NCBI GenBank assembly: GCA_947630895.1
Contig: CANRJJ010000002.1
Span: forward strand, 7,852-71,851
Source of the DNA: an uncultured Wohlfahrtiimonas sp.
GTDB taxonomy: Bacteria; Pseudomonadota; Gammaproteobacteria; Cardiobacteriales; Wohlfahrtiimonadaceae
DNA: 64,000 nucleotides
Reading direction: 5' to 3'
Positions within the stretch are counted from its first letter, which is position 1. Each line of letters starts with the position of its first letter. Under the pieces are notes generated by a model. That model saw only the letters and a program-made list of their open reading frames with translations. It did not search any database and had not been told where the DNA came from. Positions 38,270-48,157 of the stretch are shown piece after piece. The position numbers and the translations under genes were made by a program.

Positions 38270-38766
38270 TGAAAGATAAGCACGAGCATAACGTTAAAAT
38301 TACCATTAAAACACCGATGCAATTTTTGGCATCAGGTTTTGGTTCTGGCTGTGCGCCAGTTGCGCCAGGAACATTTGGTACATTAGCAGCGATACCAATT
38401 TGGATTTTATTGAGCTTTTTATCACCGATTACCTATGCAATCTTAGTTGTAGCTATCTTTGTGCTGGGTTGTTATGTGAGCGAGAAGGCTAGCCAAGAAA
38501 TGGGTGTGCATGATCATGGCGGTATTGTAATCGACGAGTTTGTTGGTTATTTCATCACAATGTTTCTAGTGCCATTATCTTGGGTGAATATTTTATTAGG
38601 ATTCATTTTGTTTCGTATTTTTGATGTATTAAAACCATGGCCAATCAAAGTGCTAGATCGACAAGTTAAAGGTGGTTTTGGCATCATGATTGATGATGTT
38701 TTAGCGGGCTTCATGGCGCTTGTTTGTATGCATCTTTTGTTATGGGGATATGCTTATATCTTTTAA
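38266..38766 (+). CDS. pgpA: Phosphatidylglycerophosphatase A
   Basis: 166 aa. SGFGSGCAPVAPGTFGTLAAIP and DDVLAG are PgpA motifs. Its start overlaps the orn stop. Confidence 0.9.
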   Translation: MMKDKHEHNVKITIKTPMQFLASGFGSGCAPVAPGTFGTLAAIPIWILLSFLSPITYAILVVAIFVLGCYVSEKASQEMGVHDHGGIVIDEFVGYFITMFLVPLSWVNILLGFILFRIFDVLKPWPIKVLDRQVKGGFGIMIDDVLAGFMALVCMHLLLWGYAYIF

Positions 38767-39373
38767 GCAAAGAGTGAAAAAATATTTGATTTGGTGGGTC
38801 AAAAAGATTCACCGATCTTATCGTTTCATGAATGGCTTAGTCGTTGTCGTATTATGTCTAGGGATGTATTGGATTGCATCATTTTATCAATTACCTGTTG
38901 ATAGATATGATACAGAACCTTATGAGTATTATCCGATTACATTAGAATGTGATGTTGTGGAGGTTTTGGATGGCGATACGATTATTGCGAATTGCCCGAA
39001 ATCTTTAGAAAGTGATGAGAAAAGTTTGAGGTCCATACGTTTTTGGGGAATCGATGCCCCCGAAACAGGTCAAGGTGAGTGGGGCGATTTAGCCACGGAA
39101 ACTTTAAAAACATTAATTGGTGACCACCAAACCATCACCATTGAGATCATGAATCAAGATCGTTATCAGAGAATGATTGGTAAATTGTATGTAGATAATG
39201 TAGATGTTTCTTTAGAAATGATGCGCTTAGGTGTTGCAGTTGTTTATCATCGCTATAATAAAGATCAAAACTATATAAATGCAGAGAAAAAAGCTAGAAT
39301 GGATCGCCTAGGCATTTGGGCGATTTCTGGGGCTCAGCAAAATCCAGAACGATGGCGGCGATTTAATCCATAA
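38750..39373 (+). CDS. Membrane-anchored staphylococcal-nuclease-like (SNase) thermonuclease
   Basis: Motifs VLDGDTI, IRFWGIDAPE, DRYQRMIGKL and a C-terminal GIWA, with an N-terminal TM segment (GLVVVVLCLGMYWIASF). The start codon is uncertain: 38720, 38750 and 38828 are all possible. Confidence 0.8.
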   Translation: MLISFKQRVKKYLIWWVKKIHRSYRFMNGLVVVVLCLGMYWIASFYQLPVDRYDTEPYEYYPITLECDVVEVLDGDTIIANCPKSLESDEKSLRSIRFWGIDAPETGQGEWGDLATETLKTLIGDHQTITIEIMNQDRYQRMIGKLYVDNVDVSLEMMRLGVAVVYHRYNKDQNYINAEKKARMDRLGIWAISGAQQNPERWRRFNP

Positions 39374-39391
39374 AAATTTTGGTAAAAATAT

Positions 39392-40012
39392 ATGTTATTC
39401 ACTATAAAAGAAGAAGAGTTATCCCGTGATGAAAATGTGTTGTTGCGACAATATACCCATTGGTGGATATTTGTAGTTCCTGCAATTATATTGATATTTG
39501 GTATTTATTTATGGTTGAAGGCAATCTCTAAAGGATCATTTTCGTTGTATTCTTTGATTGTATTTGAACAGCCCACTGCGGCAGTGAATACGGTGAGTTA
39601 TCAAATACAGTATTATCTTCAGCAAGGTTCAGAAATGTTGCGTAATAATTTACCTAATGCAGTATTTGAATTTTTGAGCCAAACGCGCTTGCATCCAAGA
39701 AAATGGATCAGCCAATTGGTGATGTTGTATGGCTTGTATCGCTTGATTCGTGCAACCATTACCTTTGTAACCACAAGAATTTTAGTGACTAATCAAAGAG
39801 TATTGATCGAAACTGGTTTTTTTAGACCTCAAATTGTAGAATTTCCTAAAATGCATATTGATGCATTTCACATTAAGAAAGGATTGTTGAGTCGATTTTT
39901 TCAAGTGGGTACTTTGATCATTCAAGCATCGGGTGGATTAACTGTGCGATTGCCTGCGATCAAAATGCCTCAAGTCCTCACAACGACAGTTATAGAGAAT
40001 GAATCTGCATGA
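39392..40012 (+). CDS. Membrane protein with a bacterial PH domain (bPH_2, YdbS/YdbT-like)
   Basis: 206 aa with an N-terminal TM segment. The C-terminal TTRILVTNQRVLIETGFF....I.......GLLSRFFQVGTLIIQASGG fits the bPH_2 pattern. Its stop overlaps the next start (ATGA). Confidence 0.65.
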   Translation: MLFTIKEEELSRDENVLLRQYTHWWIFVVPAIILIFGIYLWLKAISKGSFSLYSLIVFEQPTAAVNTVSYQIQYYLQQGSEMLRNNLPNAVFEFLSQTRLHPRKWISQLVMLYGLYRLIRATITFVTTRILVTNQRVLIETGFFRPQIVEFPKMHIDAFHIKKGLLSRFFQVGTLIIQASGGLTVRLPAIKMPQVLTTTVIENESA

Positions 40013-41121
40013 TGTTAACGCAAAATAAAAATCTGCTGCAATTACAAGGCGATTGGATTATCTCTAATACGACAGAGATTGAAAAAGCTTTGAATGCGAT
40101 TGATTTTTCAACGATTGACCTGAGCCAAACTATCGAGATTGATGGTAGTAGCTTGGCAACCATGGATACCAGCGGTGCTTACTGGATGAGTAAGTTCATG
40201 GGGCAAGTGGCAGATAAAAAAGGTAAAACAGCGCTGATAAAGTTTCATGATGAAATTTCTACGCTGGTTAGTTTTATTACGGCGCGAACAGATAATGTTA
40301 AAGAAGAGCCTGTCACGAATCAAAAAGATGGTTTTTTTGTAAAGATTGGCAAGTTAGCTTACGACGTAAAAGATCAGTTTTATAACTTCTTTGATTTTAT
40401 CGGGCGTGTTTCTCTTGTGATGGGAAAAAACGTAGCGAATCCAACTAAAATCAGATGGCGCACCTTATGGAGTAATGTACAAACAGGCGGTGTACAGGCG
40501 CTTTTTATTGTGGGCTTGTTAAACTTTTTAATTGGTATTGTTATTTCTTATCAAGGCGGGGCGCTGCTGAAACAATATGGCGCGAATATATTTGTTGTGG
40601 AATTAATTACAATATCTATGCTTCGTGAATTGGCGCCATTGATGACCGCTATTATTGTAGCGGGTCGAACAGGATCAGCAATTGCAGCACAAATCGGTAC
40701 GATGGTTGTGAATGAAGAAGTGGATGCATTAAAAACCATTGGAATTAATCCATTGGATCAATTGGTGGTACCGAAAGCATTATCATTGATGTTGGCGTTG
40801 CCGTTATTAACAGTATTTGCTGATATTTGCAGTGTGTTCGGTGGTATGGTTTTAGCGAGTACATATTTAGATGTTTCATTTGCAACATTTGTGGCTAGAA
40901 TTCCTGAGGTAATGACAATTAATACATTGTTTGTAGGATTGGCAAAAACACCAATCTTTGCATTGATCATTGCATTAACAGGTTGCTATCAAGGTTTTCA
41001 AGTGAAAGGCGGTGCAGATAGTGTTGGGCAACAAACAACGGTTTCAGTTGTTCAAGCGATCTTTTTGGTCATCATTTGTGATGCAATCTTCTCAATTATT
41101 ACAAGGAATGTTCCGATCTAA
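40009..41121 (+). CDS. MlaE-family ABC permease with an N-terminal STAS-like domain
   Basis: 370 aa. The first ~100 aa look STAS-like (LQLQGDWIISNT...IDGSSLATMDTSGA). The remainder is an MlaE/YrbE permease (RELAPLMTAIIVAGRTGSAIAAQIGTM). Confidence 0.8.
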   Translation: MMLTQNKNLLQLQGDWIISNTTEIEKALNAIDFSTIDLSQTIEIDGSSLATMDTSGAYWMSKFMGQVADKKGKTALIKFHDEISTLVSFITARTDNVKEEPVTNQKDGFFVKIGKLAYDVKDQFYNFFDFIGRVSLVMGKNVANPTKIRWRTLWSNVQTGGVQALFIVGLLNFLIGIVISYQGGALLKQYGANIFVVELITISMLRELAPLMTAIIVAGRTGSAIAAQIGTMVVNEEVDALKTIGINPLDQLVVPKALSLMLALPLLTVFADICSVFGGMVLASTYLDVSFATFVARIPEVMTINTLFVGLAKTPIFALIIALTGCYQGFQVKGGADSVGQQTTVSVVQAIFLVIICDAIFSIITRNVPI

Positions 41122-41912
41122 TGACAGATATTATTTCAGATAAATCGAATATAGCCATTGAGATTGAGCATTTATATAATCGCTTTGGCAGCCATTCTGT
41201 GCATGAAGATTTAAACATGACTGTGAAGAAAGGCGAGCTTGTGGCTTTAGTAGGTGGTTCAGGTTCAGGTAAAACGACTTTATTGCGCGCGATCATTATG
41301 TTGCTGAAACCTTATTCAGGGCAGATCTATATGATGGGCGAACCTGTTTGGGGAATTCCAAATCAGGAACAAATGAATCTTAGAAAACGATTTGGCATGT
41401 TGTTTCAAAGTGGTGCGCTGTTCAGTTCATTGACGGTTTTGGAAAATGTAATGGTACCGATGAAAGAGCATTTGTCACTGTCTCATGCAGAAATGAAAGA
41501 GTTGGCAGAGTTAAAAATTATTCTGTCAGGTTTACCAATGCATGCAGCGAACTTGCTTCCAAAAGAGTTGTCAGGCGGGATGATTAAACGCGCAGCGCTT
41601 GCACGAGCTTTGGCGCTAGATCCGCAATTATTATTCTTGGATGAACCAACTGCAGGCTTAGATCCTGTAGGTGCAGGTGAGTTTGATGATTTAATGAATC
41701 AATTAAAAGAGTCTTTATCGTTAACCATTATGATGGTAACGCATGATCTAGACTCATTATGGGCGATTACAGATAAGGTCGCTTTTTTAGGTGAAAAGAA
41801 AATTTTGGCATATAAGCCGATCGCGGAATTGGTGAAAGATACTCACCCGTTAATTCAAAAATATTTTCAAGGCCCAAGAGGGCGAGCGACAGAGGAAACT
41901 TATGGAAAATAA
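41121..41912 (+). CDS. MlaF-like ABC transporter ATPase
   Basis: 263 aa. Walker A GGSGSGKTT, signature LSGGMIKRAALARAL, Walker B LFLDEPTAGLDP. Confidence 0.9.
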   Translation: MTDIISDKSNIAIEIEHLYNRFGSHSVHEDLNMTVKKGELVALVGGSGSGKTTLLRAIIMLLKPYSGQIYMMGEPVWGIPNQEQMNLRKRFGMLFQSGALFSSLTVLENVMVPMKEHLSLSHAEMKELAELKIILSGLPMHAANLLPKELSGGMIKRAALARALALDPQLLFLDEPTAGLDPVGAGEFDDLMNQLKESLSLTIMMVTHDLDSLWAITDKVAFLGEKKILAYKPIAELVKDTHPLIQKYFQGPRGRATEETYGK

Positions 41913-42843
41913 ATTTAGTTTTGCTGCTGTTGGTGTTTTTGTCGTGGGATTTTTTATTGTCCTCGTAACACTAGTGGTTTGGCTAACAGTTGGTACTAAA
42001 AAAGTGACATATTTGCCGTATAAAGTTGTGACGACGGAATCAGTATCAGGATTATCTATGAATTCAGCCGTTGACTATAAAGGTGTGGATGTTGGTATTG
42101 TTCGTCAGATTCAATTGAATGATAAAGATCCAAGATATGTCATTATTTCTTTGGATATTATCGAAGGAACACCGATCAAAGCAGATACAGAAGCTGTTTT
42201 AACCAGTAAAGGCGTCACGGGGCTAGTTAATGTAAGTTTGACGGGTGGGACAGAGACTGCACCTAACGTGGTGCCAACGCATGAAGATCCTATTCCTGAA
42301 ATTAAAAATGGACCGTCTTTGACGCAACGATTGGATACGGCTTTTAATAATATCACCAAATCATTGTCTGATTTATCTGCTAAGTTAGACATTGTAATGA
42401 CTGTGGAAAATGGGAACCGAATCAATAATATTTTAGGCAATGTAGAAACGATTACAGGACATTTGGCCAGCAGTTCAAATGATATTTCTAAGATTACTAA
42501 AGATGCCGCAGAAATTATGGCTGAAATAGAGCCAAAGATTGATCGAGCTTTGGCTGCATTTGATTCATTCAGCGTGATTACAGAAAATGTGAAAGAGACA
42601 TCCGAAGGCTTACAAGTGACTTTGGATAAAGCTGATGCAACTTTGGATTCATGGAATGCAACGGCATTGGTTTTCCAGGATTTGGGCCAGTCTTTTAGAA
42701 CTCAAGTTCCAAATTTAAACTCAACTTTTAGTGAGTTGAATACGATTTTATATCAAACATCACAATTGATTAATCAATTAACCAATGATCCAAATATGTT
42801 ATTAATTGGAAAAGGTAAGCCTAGATTAGGCCCAGGAGAATAG
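41902..42843 (+). CDS. MCE-domain (MlaD-family) substrate-binding protein with a long helical C-terminus
   Basis: 313 aa. An N-terminal TM anchor, then an MCE fold pattern (VSGLSMNSAVDYKGVDVGIVRQI...LTSKGVTGL). Confidence 0.85.
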   Translation: MENKFSFAAVGVFVVGFFIVLVTLVVWLTVGTKKVTYLPYKVVTTESVSGLSMNSAVDYKGVDVGIVRQIQLNDKDPRYVIISLDIIEGTPIKADTEAVLTSKGVTGLVNVSLTGGTETAPNVVPTHEDPIPEIKNGPSLTQRLDTAFNNITKSLSDLSAKLDIVMTVENGNRINNILGNVETITGHLASSSNDISKITKDAAEIMAEIEPKIDRALAAFDSFSVITENVKETSEGLQVTLDKADATLDSWNATALVFQDLGQSFRTQVPNLNSTFSELNTILYQTSQLINQLTNDPNMLLIGKGKPRLGPGE

Positions 42844-42851
42844 GAGTATTT

Positions 42852-43439
42852 ATGACTTTTAAATTATCAACAATTTTGGCATCTCTTATTTTACTAACAG
42901 CTTGTCAAACGGCGCCATACAAAACGCAATACACATTGGGTTCAGACTTAACGTCGAATATCCCAGCAGCTCAAAAACAAAAGCCATATTCAGTGATTGT
43001 GAGTGATGTGAAAACATTTGGATCTGGCTCTGAAGTTAATATGACTTATACGCGCTCTGCGAATGTTGTTGAAGCTTATACGAAGAGTGAATGGGTGGAG
43101 CCGCCTGTCTTATTGATTAAGACAGCATTGGCTAATGCTTTGATTACTTCTAATGGCTATCAAGATGTTATTTTGTCACCAACAGCTATCATGAGTCCAT
43201 ATAGAGTAGATACAACTATTCAAAAAATGCAGCAGGTTTTCAAAGATAATGAAAGCTATGTTGATATAAGCTTAATGGTACGATTAGTAAATACTGCAAC
43301 GCAAAAATTGGTATTTTCAAAAATCTATTCAACAACGGAAAAAGTTCAGTCTTTAAATGCTGAAGGTGGCGTTGAAGCATATAACAAAGCTATGAAAAAA
43401 CTCTTACCTAATATTGTTCAAGATTTGAGCCGCTACTAA
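42852..43439 (+). CDS. ABC-type transport auxiliary lipoprotein (ABC_trans_aux/DUF330-like)
   Basis: 195 aa with lipobox LLTAC. The size and its position after an MCE gene fit this family. Confidence 0.65.
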   Translation: MTFKLSTILASLILLTACQTAPYKTQYTLGSDLTSNIPAAQKQKPYSVIVSDVKTFGSGSEVNMTYTRSANVVEAYTKSEWVEPPVLLIKTALANALITSNGYQDVILSPTAIMSPYRVDTTIQKMQQVFKDNESYVDISLMVRLVNTATQKLVFSKIYSTTEKVQSLNAEGGVEAYNKAMKKLLPNIVQDLSRY

Positions 43440-43450
43440 AAAGAAGAATT

Positions 43451-44311
43451 ATGAAATACCAACATCTATTTGATGCATTGCCTATGCCAAATCTTGCTAA
43501 TTACACGGCGATCAGTTTTTCGGATCAAAAAATTGGATACATCAATAAACAACATATTGAAGCATTCGAAGAATTTTCTAAAATTTTTCAATTTACGTTT
43601 GGAAAAATTGCTGGCATGTTTTCGCAAGAATTTGTGGAAATGTCAGTGGAAGATCGTTCTTTTGCATTGGTGGGTTTATCCAATGCATTAAAAACAGCAG
43701 GATTGGTGAATAATTGGCGAGATGAGCTGTTTTCAATTTACTTAGATGTTGAGCGTAAGCATGAGATTTTTCAGCTAGAGCGTGGAGTGGTTCCATTGTT
43801 GGCATTACAAGCACATGGCGTTCATTTGAATGGCTATACGATGATTGATGGCATACCTCATATTTGGATCGCACAAAGATCTGCAGATCGTGTCATTGCG
43901 CCTTTAAAATATGATCAGTTGGTTGCAGGCGGGTTGCCAGCTGAACTCTCTTTAAAAGAAAATTTATATAAAGAAGCAGAGGAAGAAGCGGGTATTCCTA
44001 AGCAATTGATCGAACCTGCTGAATATGCAGGGCGAATTCAATATATGACGGAAGATGAGTTTGGTATCCGTAATGATGTTTTACATTGTTATGATGCTGA
44101 GTTTCCGATAAATTTTGAACCAAATAATCAAGATGGAGAAGTGGCGCAATTTCTTCGTTTGCCTGTCGCAGAAGTGGTTGAGCTTTTAGAAAAAAAAGAT
44201 CAATTTAAACCAAATACTGCATTGGTCATGCTGAGTTTTCTACTCAGAAATGATTGGTTGCCGATAGATTCAGCAGAAAAAGAAATATTAATGGTTCGCT
44301 TGGGTCATTAA
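43451..44311 (+). CDS. NUDIX hydrolase with an N-terminal extension
   Basis: 286 aa. A Nudix box-like sequence GGLPAELSLKENLYKEAEEEAGI is present. Confidence 0.7.
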   Translation: MKYQHLFDALPMPNLANYTAISFSDQKIGYINKQHIEAFEEFSKIFQFTFGKIAGMFSQEFVEMSVEDRSFALVGLSNALKTAGLVNNWRDELFSIYLDVERKHEIFQLERGVVPLLALQAHGVHLNGYTMIDGIPHIWIAQRSADRVIAPLKYDQLVAGGLPAELSLKENLYKEAEEEAGIPKQLIEPAEYAGRIQYMTEDEFGIRNDVLHCYDAEFPINFEPNNQDGEVAQFLRLPVAEVVELLEKKDQFKPNTALVMLSFLLRNDWLPIDSAEKEILMVRLGH

Positions 44312-44334
44312 TTAATATAAAGCTAGGAGTACAT

Positions 44335-44793
44335 ATGATTGAGTGCAAAATAATTCATGGTGATGCTGATCCTAGTATTAAAGATGCATATTATATTAGA
44401 GATATGGTTTTTACTCAGGAGCAAGGTTTTCCTGCCGAGATAGACATTGATGAATATGATCAAATTGCTTGGCAATGTATTTTGTATAAAGATGGCTCTG
44501 CTGTTGGTACAGCAAGGCTAATCCCACAGGAAAATGTTGGGAAAGTTAGCCGCGTTGCTATCTTGAAGCAATATAGAGGATTGGGCTTAGGGGTTGAGAT
44601 CATGAAAGCCATTATCAAAGAAGCAGAGCGATTAGGCTATAAAAGCCTAAATTTATCCGCCCAAGTTTATGCTGTGCCTTTTTATGAGAAATTAGGCTTT
44701 GAAATATTGGGGAATGTGTATCTAGAAGATGGAGAGCCTCACATAAATATGGTGAAGCCTCTCGTTTCAGGCATTGCTACAGAATTATTCTAA
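44335..44793 (+). CDS. GNAT-family N-acetyltransferase
   Basis: The start at 44335 follows the RBS aggagt, whereas the tracked ORF starts at 44254. The acetyl-CoA motif [18 protein letters not shown] is present. Confidence 0.85.
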   Translation: MIECKIIHGDADPSIKDAYYIRDMVFTQEQGFPAEIDIDEYDQIAWQCILYKDGSAVGTARLIPQENVGKVSRVAILKQYRGLGLGVEIMKAIIKEAERLGYKSLNLSAQVYAVPFYEKLGFEILGNVYLEDGEPHINMVKPLVSGIATELF

Positions 44794-45470
44794 TTAGAAA
44801 TTTGCCAATTAATAGGCTTTTTTCCATGTTCATTGAGGTATTGATTGGCTTTTGAAAAAGGTTTGGAGCCAAAAAATCCACGATAAGATGATAAAGGTGA
44901 AGGGTGAGCTGAAGCAATAACATAGTGTTTAGTCTCATCAACCAATGCGCGCTTTTTCTGAGCATGGCTGCCCCATAAAATAAAGACAACATGCTCACAG
45001 TGATCATTGATTGCACGAATGGTTGCATCGGTCAAATTCTGCCAGCCAATTTTAGAATGAGAGCCTGCTTTTGTGGTTTCAACCGTTAGCGCAGTATTTA
45101 ATAAAAATACACCTTGCTCAGCCCATTCTATTAATGAGCCATGATTAGGAGCAGAGAAGCCAATAATATCACTTTCTAATTCTTTATAAATGTTGCGTAA
45201 AGAAGGTGGAATCGTGATGCCTTTGTGAACTGAAAAGGCTAGCCCATTTGCTTGGTTTGGTCCATGGTAAGGATCTTGCCCCAAAATTACGACTTTAATA
45301 TTTTCTAGCGGCGTCAGCTCATAGGCTGAAAACTGTTCATTTTCAGATGGATAAATAGTTTTATCGTGTTCTTTTTCTTGAGATAGAAAATGCTTGATTT
45401 CAAAGAAATATGATTTTTGAGATTCTTGTGTTAAAAATACTTGCCATGAATGAGTAAATGAGAAATTCAT
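44790..45470 (-). CDS. ung: Uracil-DNA glycosylase
   Basis: 226 aa. Motifs [18 protein letters not shown] and HPSPLS. Confidence 0.96.
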   Translation of the reverse strand: MNFSFTHSWQVFLTQESQKSYFFEIKHFLSQEKEHDKTIYPSENEQFSAYELTPLENIKVVILGQDPYHGPNQANGLAFSVHKGITIPPSLRNIYKELESDIIGFSAPNHGSLIEWAEQGVFLLNTALTVETTKAGSHSKIGWQNLTDATIRAINDHCEHVVFILWGSHAQKKRALVDETKHYVIASAHPSPLSSYRGFFGSKPFSKANQYLNEHGKKPINWQISN

Positions 45471-45596
45471 ATATTGAAATGATTTATAAAATAAAGGTAA
45501 ATAATATTATATACAAATTTATAACATAGCTTATAATACCGCACTAGCATAAATGCCGACTTTGTAGACTAGTCGCTTAATGAGCTAAAAAGGAGA

Positions 45597-46880
45597 TTGG
45601 ATTTGGTCGGAACTGAACAACGCAGACATTCAAGATGGTATGAATTACTCTTATTTAACTTTTGGTTACAAGTTGTTATAGGCTTTCTTGTTGTTGCGAT
45701 ATTGCCCACGTTGATTAATTGGCCAGAATTAATTAAGTATAGATACCCTATTAGAGATGTTCAGTTATATAGTACTGGCGCTAATGCGGTCGCATTTTTT
45801 ATATCGTTTTTGATGTATAAAAAAATACAAACCTTTCCAAATGCACGGTCTATCATTTATTTGCTACCTGTGGTTGCAATTAGTTGGGCTTTTATCTTTG
45901 TTATTATATTATTTTTACGTTTAGATTATTCACGCACTGTTTTGTCTATATCTTTTGTGTTTGCTAATTGTTGGGTGGTTTTAGGGTATTACATAGGTCG
46001 TAAATATCATTGTTTGAAATTAGCCATAGTTCCTTTTGGAAATTATCAAGGACTTTTAGAGTTTTCTCAAATTGATAGCAGAGTTTTGTCGGTTCCAAAT
46101 TTAAACAATACTCGGTTTGATGCTGTGGTTGCTGATTTACGATCAGATATGCCAGATGAATGGCAGACTTTTTTAGCCAATTGTGCGTTGGCAAATATTC
46201 CTGTTTATCATAATAGAATTATATTAGAACAAATTACAGGTAGAGTCAGTATTACTCATTTATCTGAAAATATTTTTGGTGTATTGCAACCCTCTCCTTT
46301 TTATAGTTTTATCAAAAGGTTTACAGATATATGTGCATCAATAATATTGTTGCCTCTTATATTGCCTATTTTGTTATTGGTGGCTATTTTGATTAAATTA
46401 GAAAGCAAGGGCAGTGTTTTTTATATCCAAGAGCGAATGGGGTATAAGAATAAAATTTTTAAAATGTATAAATTACGTAGCATGTACATTGATATAGAAG
46501 GTAAAGATTATACTGATACAGGTCGGGATCCAAGAATTACGAGAGTAGGCTGGGTTATCCGTAAGTACAGAATTGATGAGTTACCTCAATTTTTGAATGT
46601 TCTTAAGGGTGAAATGAGCTTGATAGGGCCAAGACCAGAGTCATTGAATTTATCCGAATGGTATGAAAAAGAAGTTCCATTCTTTAAATATCGACATATT
46701 GTAAGGCCTGGTATTTCAGGATGGGCTCAGGTTACACAAGGTTATGCTGCTGAAATTGAAGGAATGACAGAAAAATTACAATATGATTTTTACTACATTA
46801 AAAATTTTTCATTTTGGTTGGATATTTTAATTGTGTTGAAAACAATTAAAACAATGTTGACAGGTTTTGGGGCGAGATGA
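45597..46880 (+). CDS. Polyprenyl-phosphate hexose-1-phosphate transferase (WbaP/WcaJ-like initiating sugar transferase)
   Basis: 427 aa. Multi-TM N-terminus and a C-terminal Bac_transf domain (KMYKLRSM, RIDELPQFLNVLKGEMSLIGPRPE). There is no ATG start. The start is TTG at 45597 or, with better spacing to the RBS aggag, TTG at 45603. Confidence 0.88.
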   Translation: MDLVGTEQRRHSRWYELLLFNFWLQVVIGFLVVAILPTLINWPELIKYRYPIRDVQLYSTGANAVAFFISFLMYKKIQTFPNARSIIYLLPVVAISWAFIFVIILFLRLDYSRTVLSISFVFANCWVVLGYYIGRKYHCLKLAIVPFGNYQGLLEFSQIDSRVLSVPNLNNTRFDAVVADLRSDMPDEWQTFLANCALANIPVYHNRIILEQITGRVSITHLSENIFGVLQPSPFYSFIKRFTDICASIILLPLILPILLLVAILIKLESKGSVFYIQERMGYKNKIFKMYKLRSMYIDIEGKDYTDTGRDPRITRVGWVIRKYRIDELPQFLNVLKGEMSLIGPRPESLNLSEWYEKEVPFFKYRHIVRPGISGWAQVTQGYAAEIEGMTEKLQYDFYYIKNFSFWLDILIVLKTIKTMLTGFGAR

Positions 46881-48157
46881 TGTATAAAAAGCAAATGTGT
46901 TATTTGCTCTCATTATTTTTTGGAACTTTTTTCGCTATGATTTCAGGGTTTTTAGCGAGAGTTTTTTTGGCACGTTTTTCTAGCATTGAAACTTTTGGAA
47001 ATTATTCAAGTGTTTTTACAGTAATTACAACATTCGCACCTTTATGTGGATTTGGTGTAGCTCAATGGTGGCTAAAAATATCTGGCCAATATGGTATATC
47101 TGGTTTTAGTTATATTAAAAAATCATTAAAATTTGTTGTATTCAGTACATTAGTAATTTTTGTATTTTCATGTCTTTGGTTTTTATTATCACTACAAGGT
47201 AGTTTGCTAGTAATGTCATTATTTTTAGTTTTTATACTATTCAATACTGTGATATCTGAATTAGTTGCTAGCACATTACAACTGCAAAATAGATATTTTG
47301 TTTTATCTATTTGGCAGTTTATGCAATCAAGTACTATTTTAATTATAGCCATTCTTTTTTGGCTATTTTGTAATACAAATTTTACTGAGATTAATATAGG
47401 TGCTTTTTATTTGATAAATTCAATGATATTTTGCTCAGCTGGTTTTTTTATAATTAAAAAATATTTTTCTACTCAAACTTCTTTGTGTTTAAGAAATAAT
47501 ATAGCTGTATATGGGGTAGAAAAATATCAAACCTTGGAAATAATTAAAGAAGTCATTCCATTTGGTATAGCAGGATTATTTTATTTAATTTACTACCAAT
47601 TAGGTATTGTATTTGTTAGATATTTTGAAGGAGCAGAAGCTGCAAGTTATTACACTGTAGCCTTTAGTTTTTTATCAGTTGCGATAGCTGTTCCCGGTGT
47701 GCTCTATCAAAAATTTTTACTGCCTAAATTGCATCGCTGGGCATACCATGATCGAGAAAAATTTTTGCAGTCATATAAATATGGAAATTATTTAATGATT
47801 ATTTTAGGAGTTATTTGTGGCTTGGGATTATGGTTTTTAGCTCCTTATTTTATAAAATGGTTTTTTGGGGAAAGATATTTACCTGCGATTCATTTAGTGC
47901 AATTAATGGCGCTTAATATTCCCATTGTATATTTAGCCAGTAGTGCAGGATCTTTGTTAGTTACTCGAAATCATATGAAAATTAAGGTTGTTTATATGGG
48001 GATATCAGCGGGTATTAGTTTGATTTTAAACCCTATTTTGATAATAAAATTTGGTACTGATGGTGCTATTTATACAAATATTGTATGTAATATTTTTATT
48101 ATGTTTTTATATTTTTGGGCAGTAAAGTATAGGGTGCTGAATAAACATGGAAAATAA
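46877..48157 (+). CDS. wzx: Wzx-type polysaccharide flippase (MOP superfamily)
   Basis: 426 aa, multi-TM, Polysacc_synt-like N-terminal pattern. Its position is within the locus. Confidence 0.8.
   Translation: MMYKKQMCYLLSLFFGTFFAMISGFLARVFLARFSSIETFGNYSSVFTVITTFAPLCGFGVAQWWLKISGQYGISGFSYIKKSLKFVVFSTLVIFVFSCLWFLLSLQGSLLVMSLFLVFILFNTVISELVASTLQLQNRYFVLSIWQFMQSSTILIIAILFWLFCNTNFTEINIGAFYLINSMIFCSAGFFIIKKYFSTQTSLCLRNNIAVYGVEKYQTLEIIKEVIPFGIAGLFYLIYYQLGIVFVRYFEGAEAASYYTVAFSFLSVAIAVPGVLYQKFLLPKLHRWAYHDREKFLQSYKYGNYLMIILGVICGLGLWFLAPYFIKWFFGERYLPAIHLVQLMALNIPIVYLASSAGSLLVTRNHMKIKVVYMGISAGISLILNPILIIKFGTDGAIYTNIVCNIFIMFLYFWAVKYRVLNKHGK

Noticed and set aside
45471-45596. A JUMPstart/ops (GGCGGTAG) antitermination element upstream of the polysaccharide locus
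   Set aside because: I read the ung/transferase intergenic region and did not see the ops octamer. Only a short palindrome (gactagtc) and the RBS are evident.
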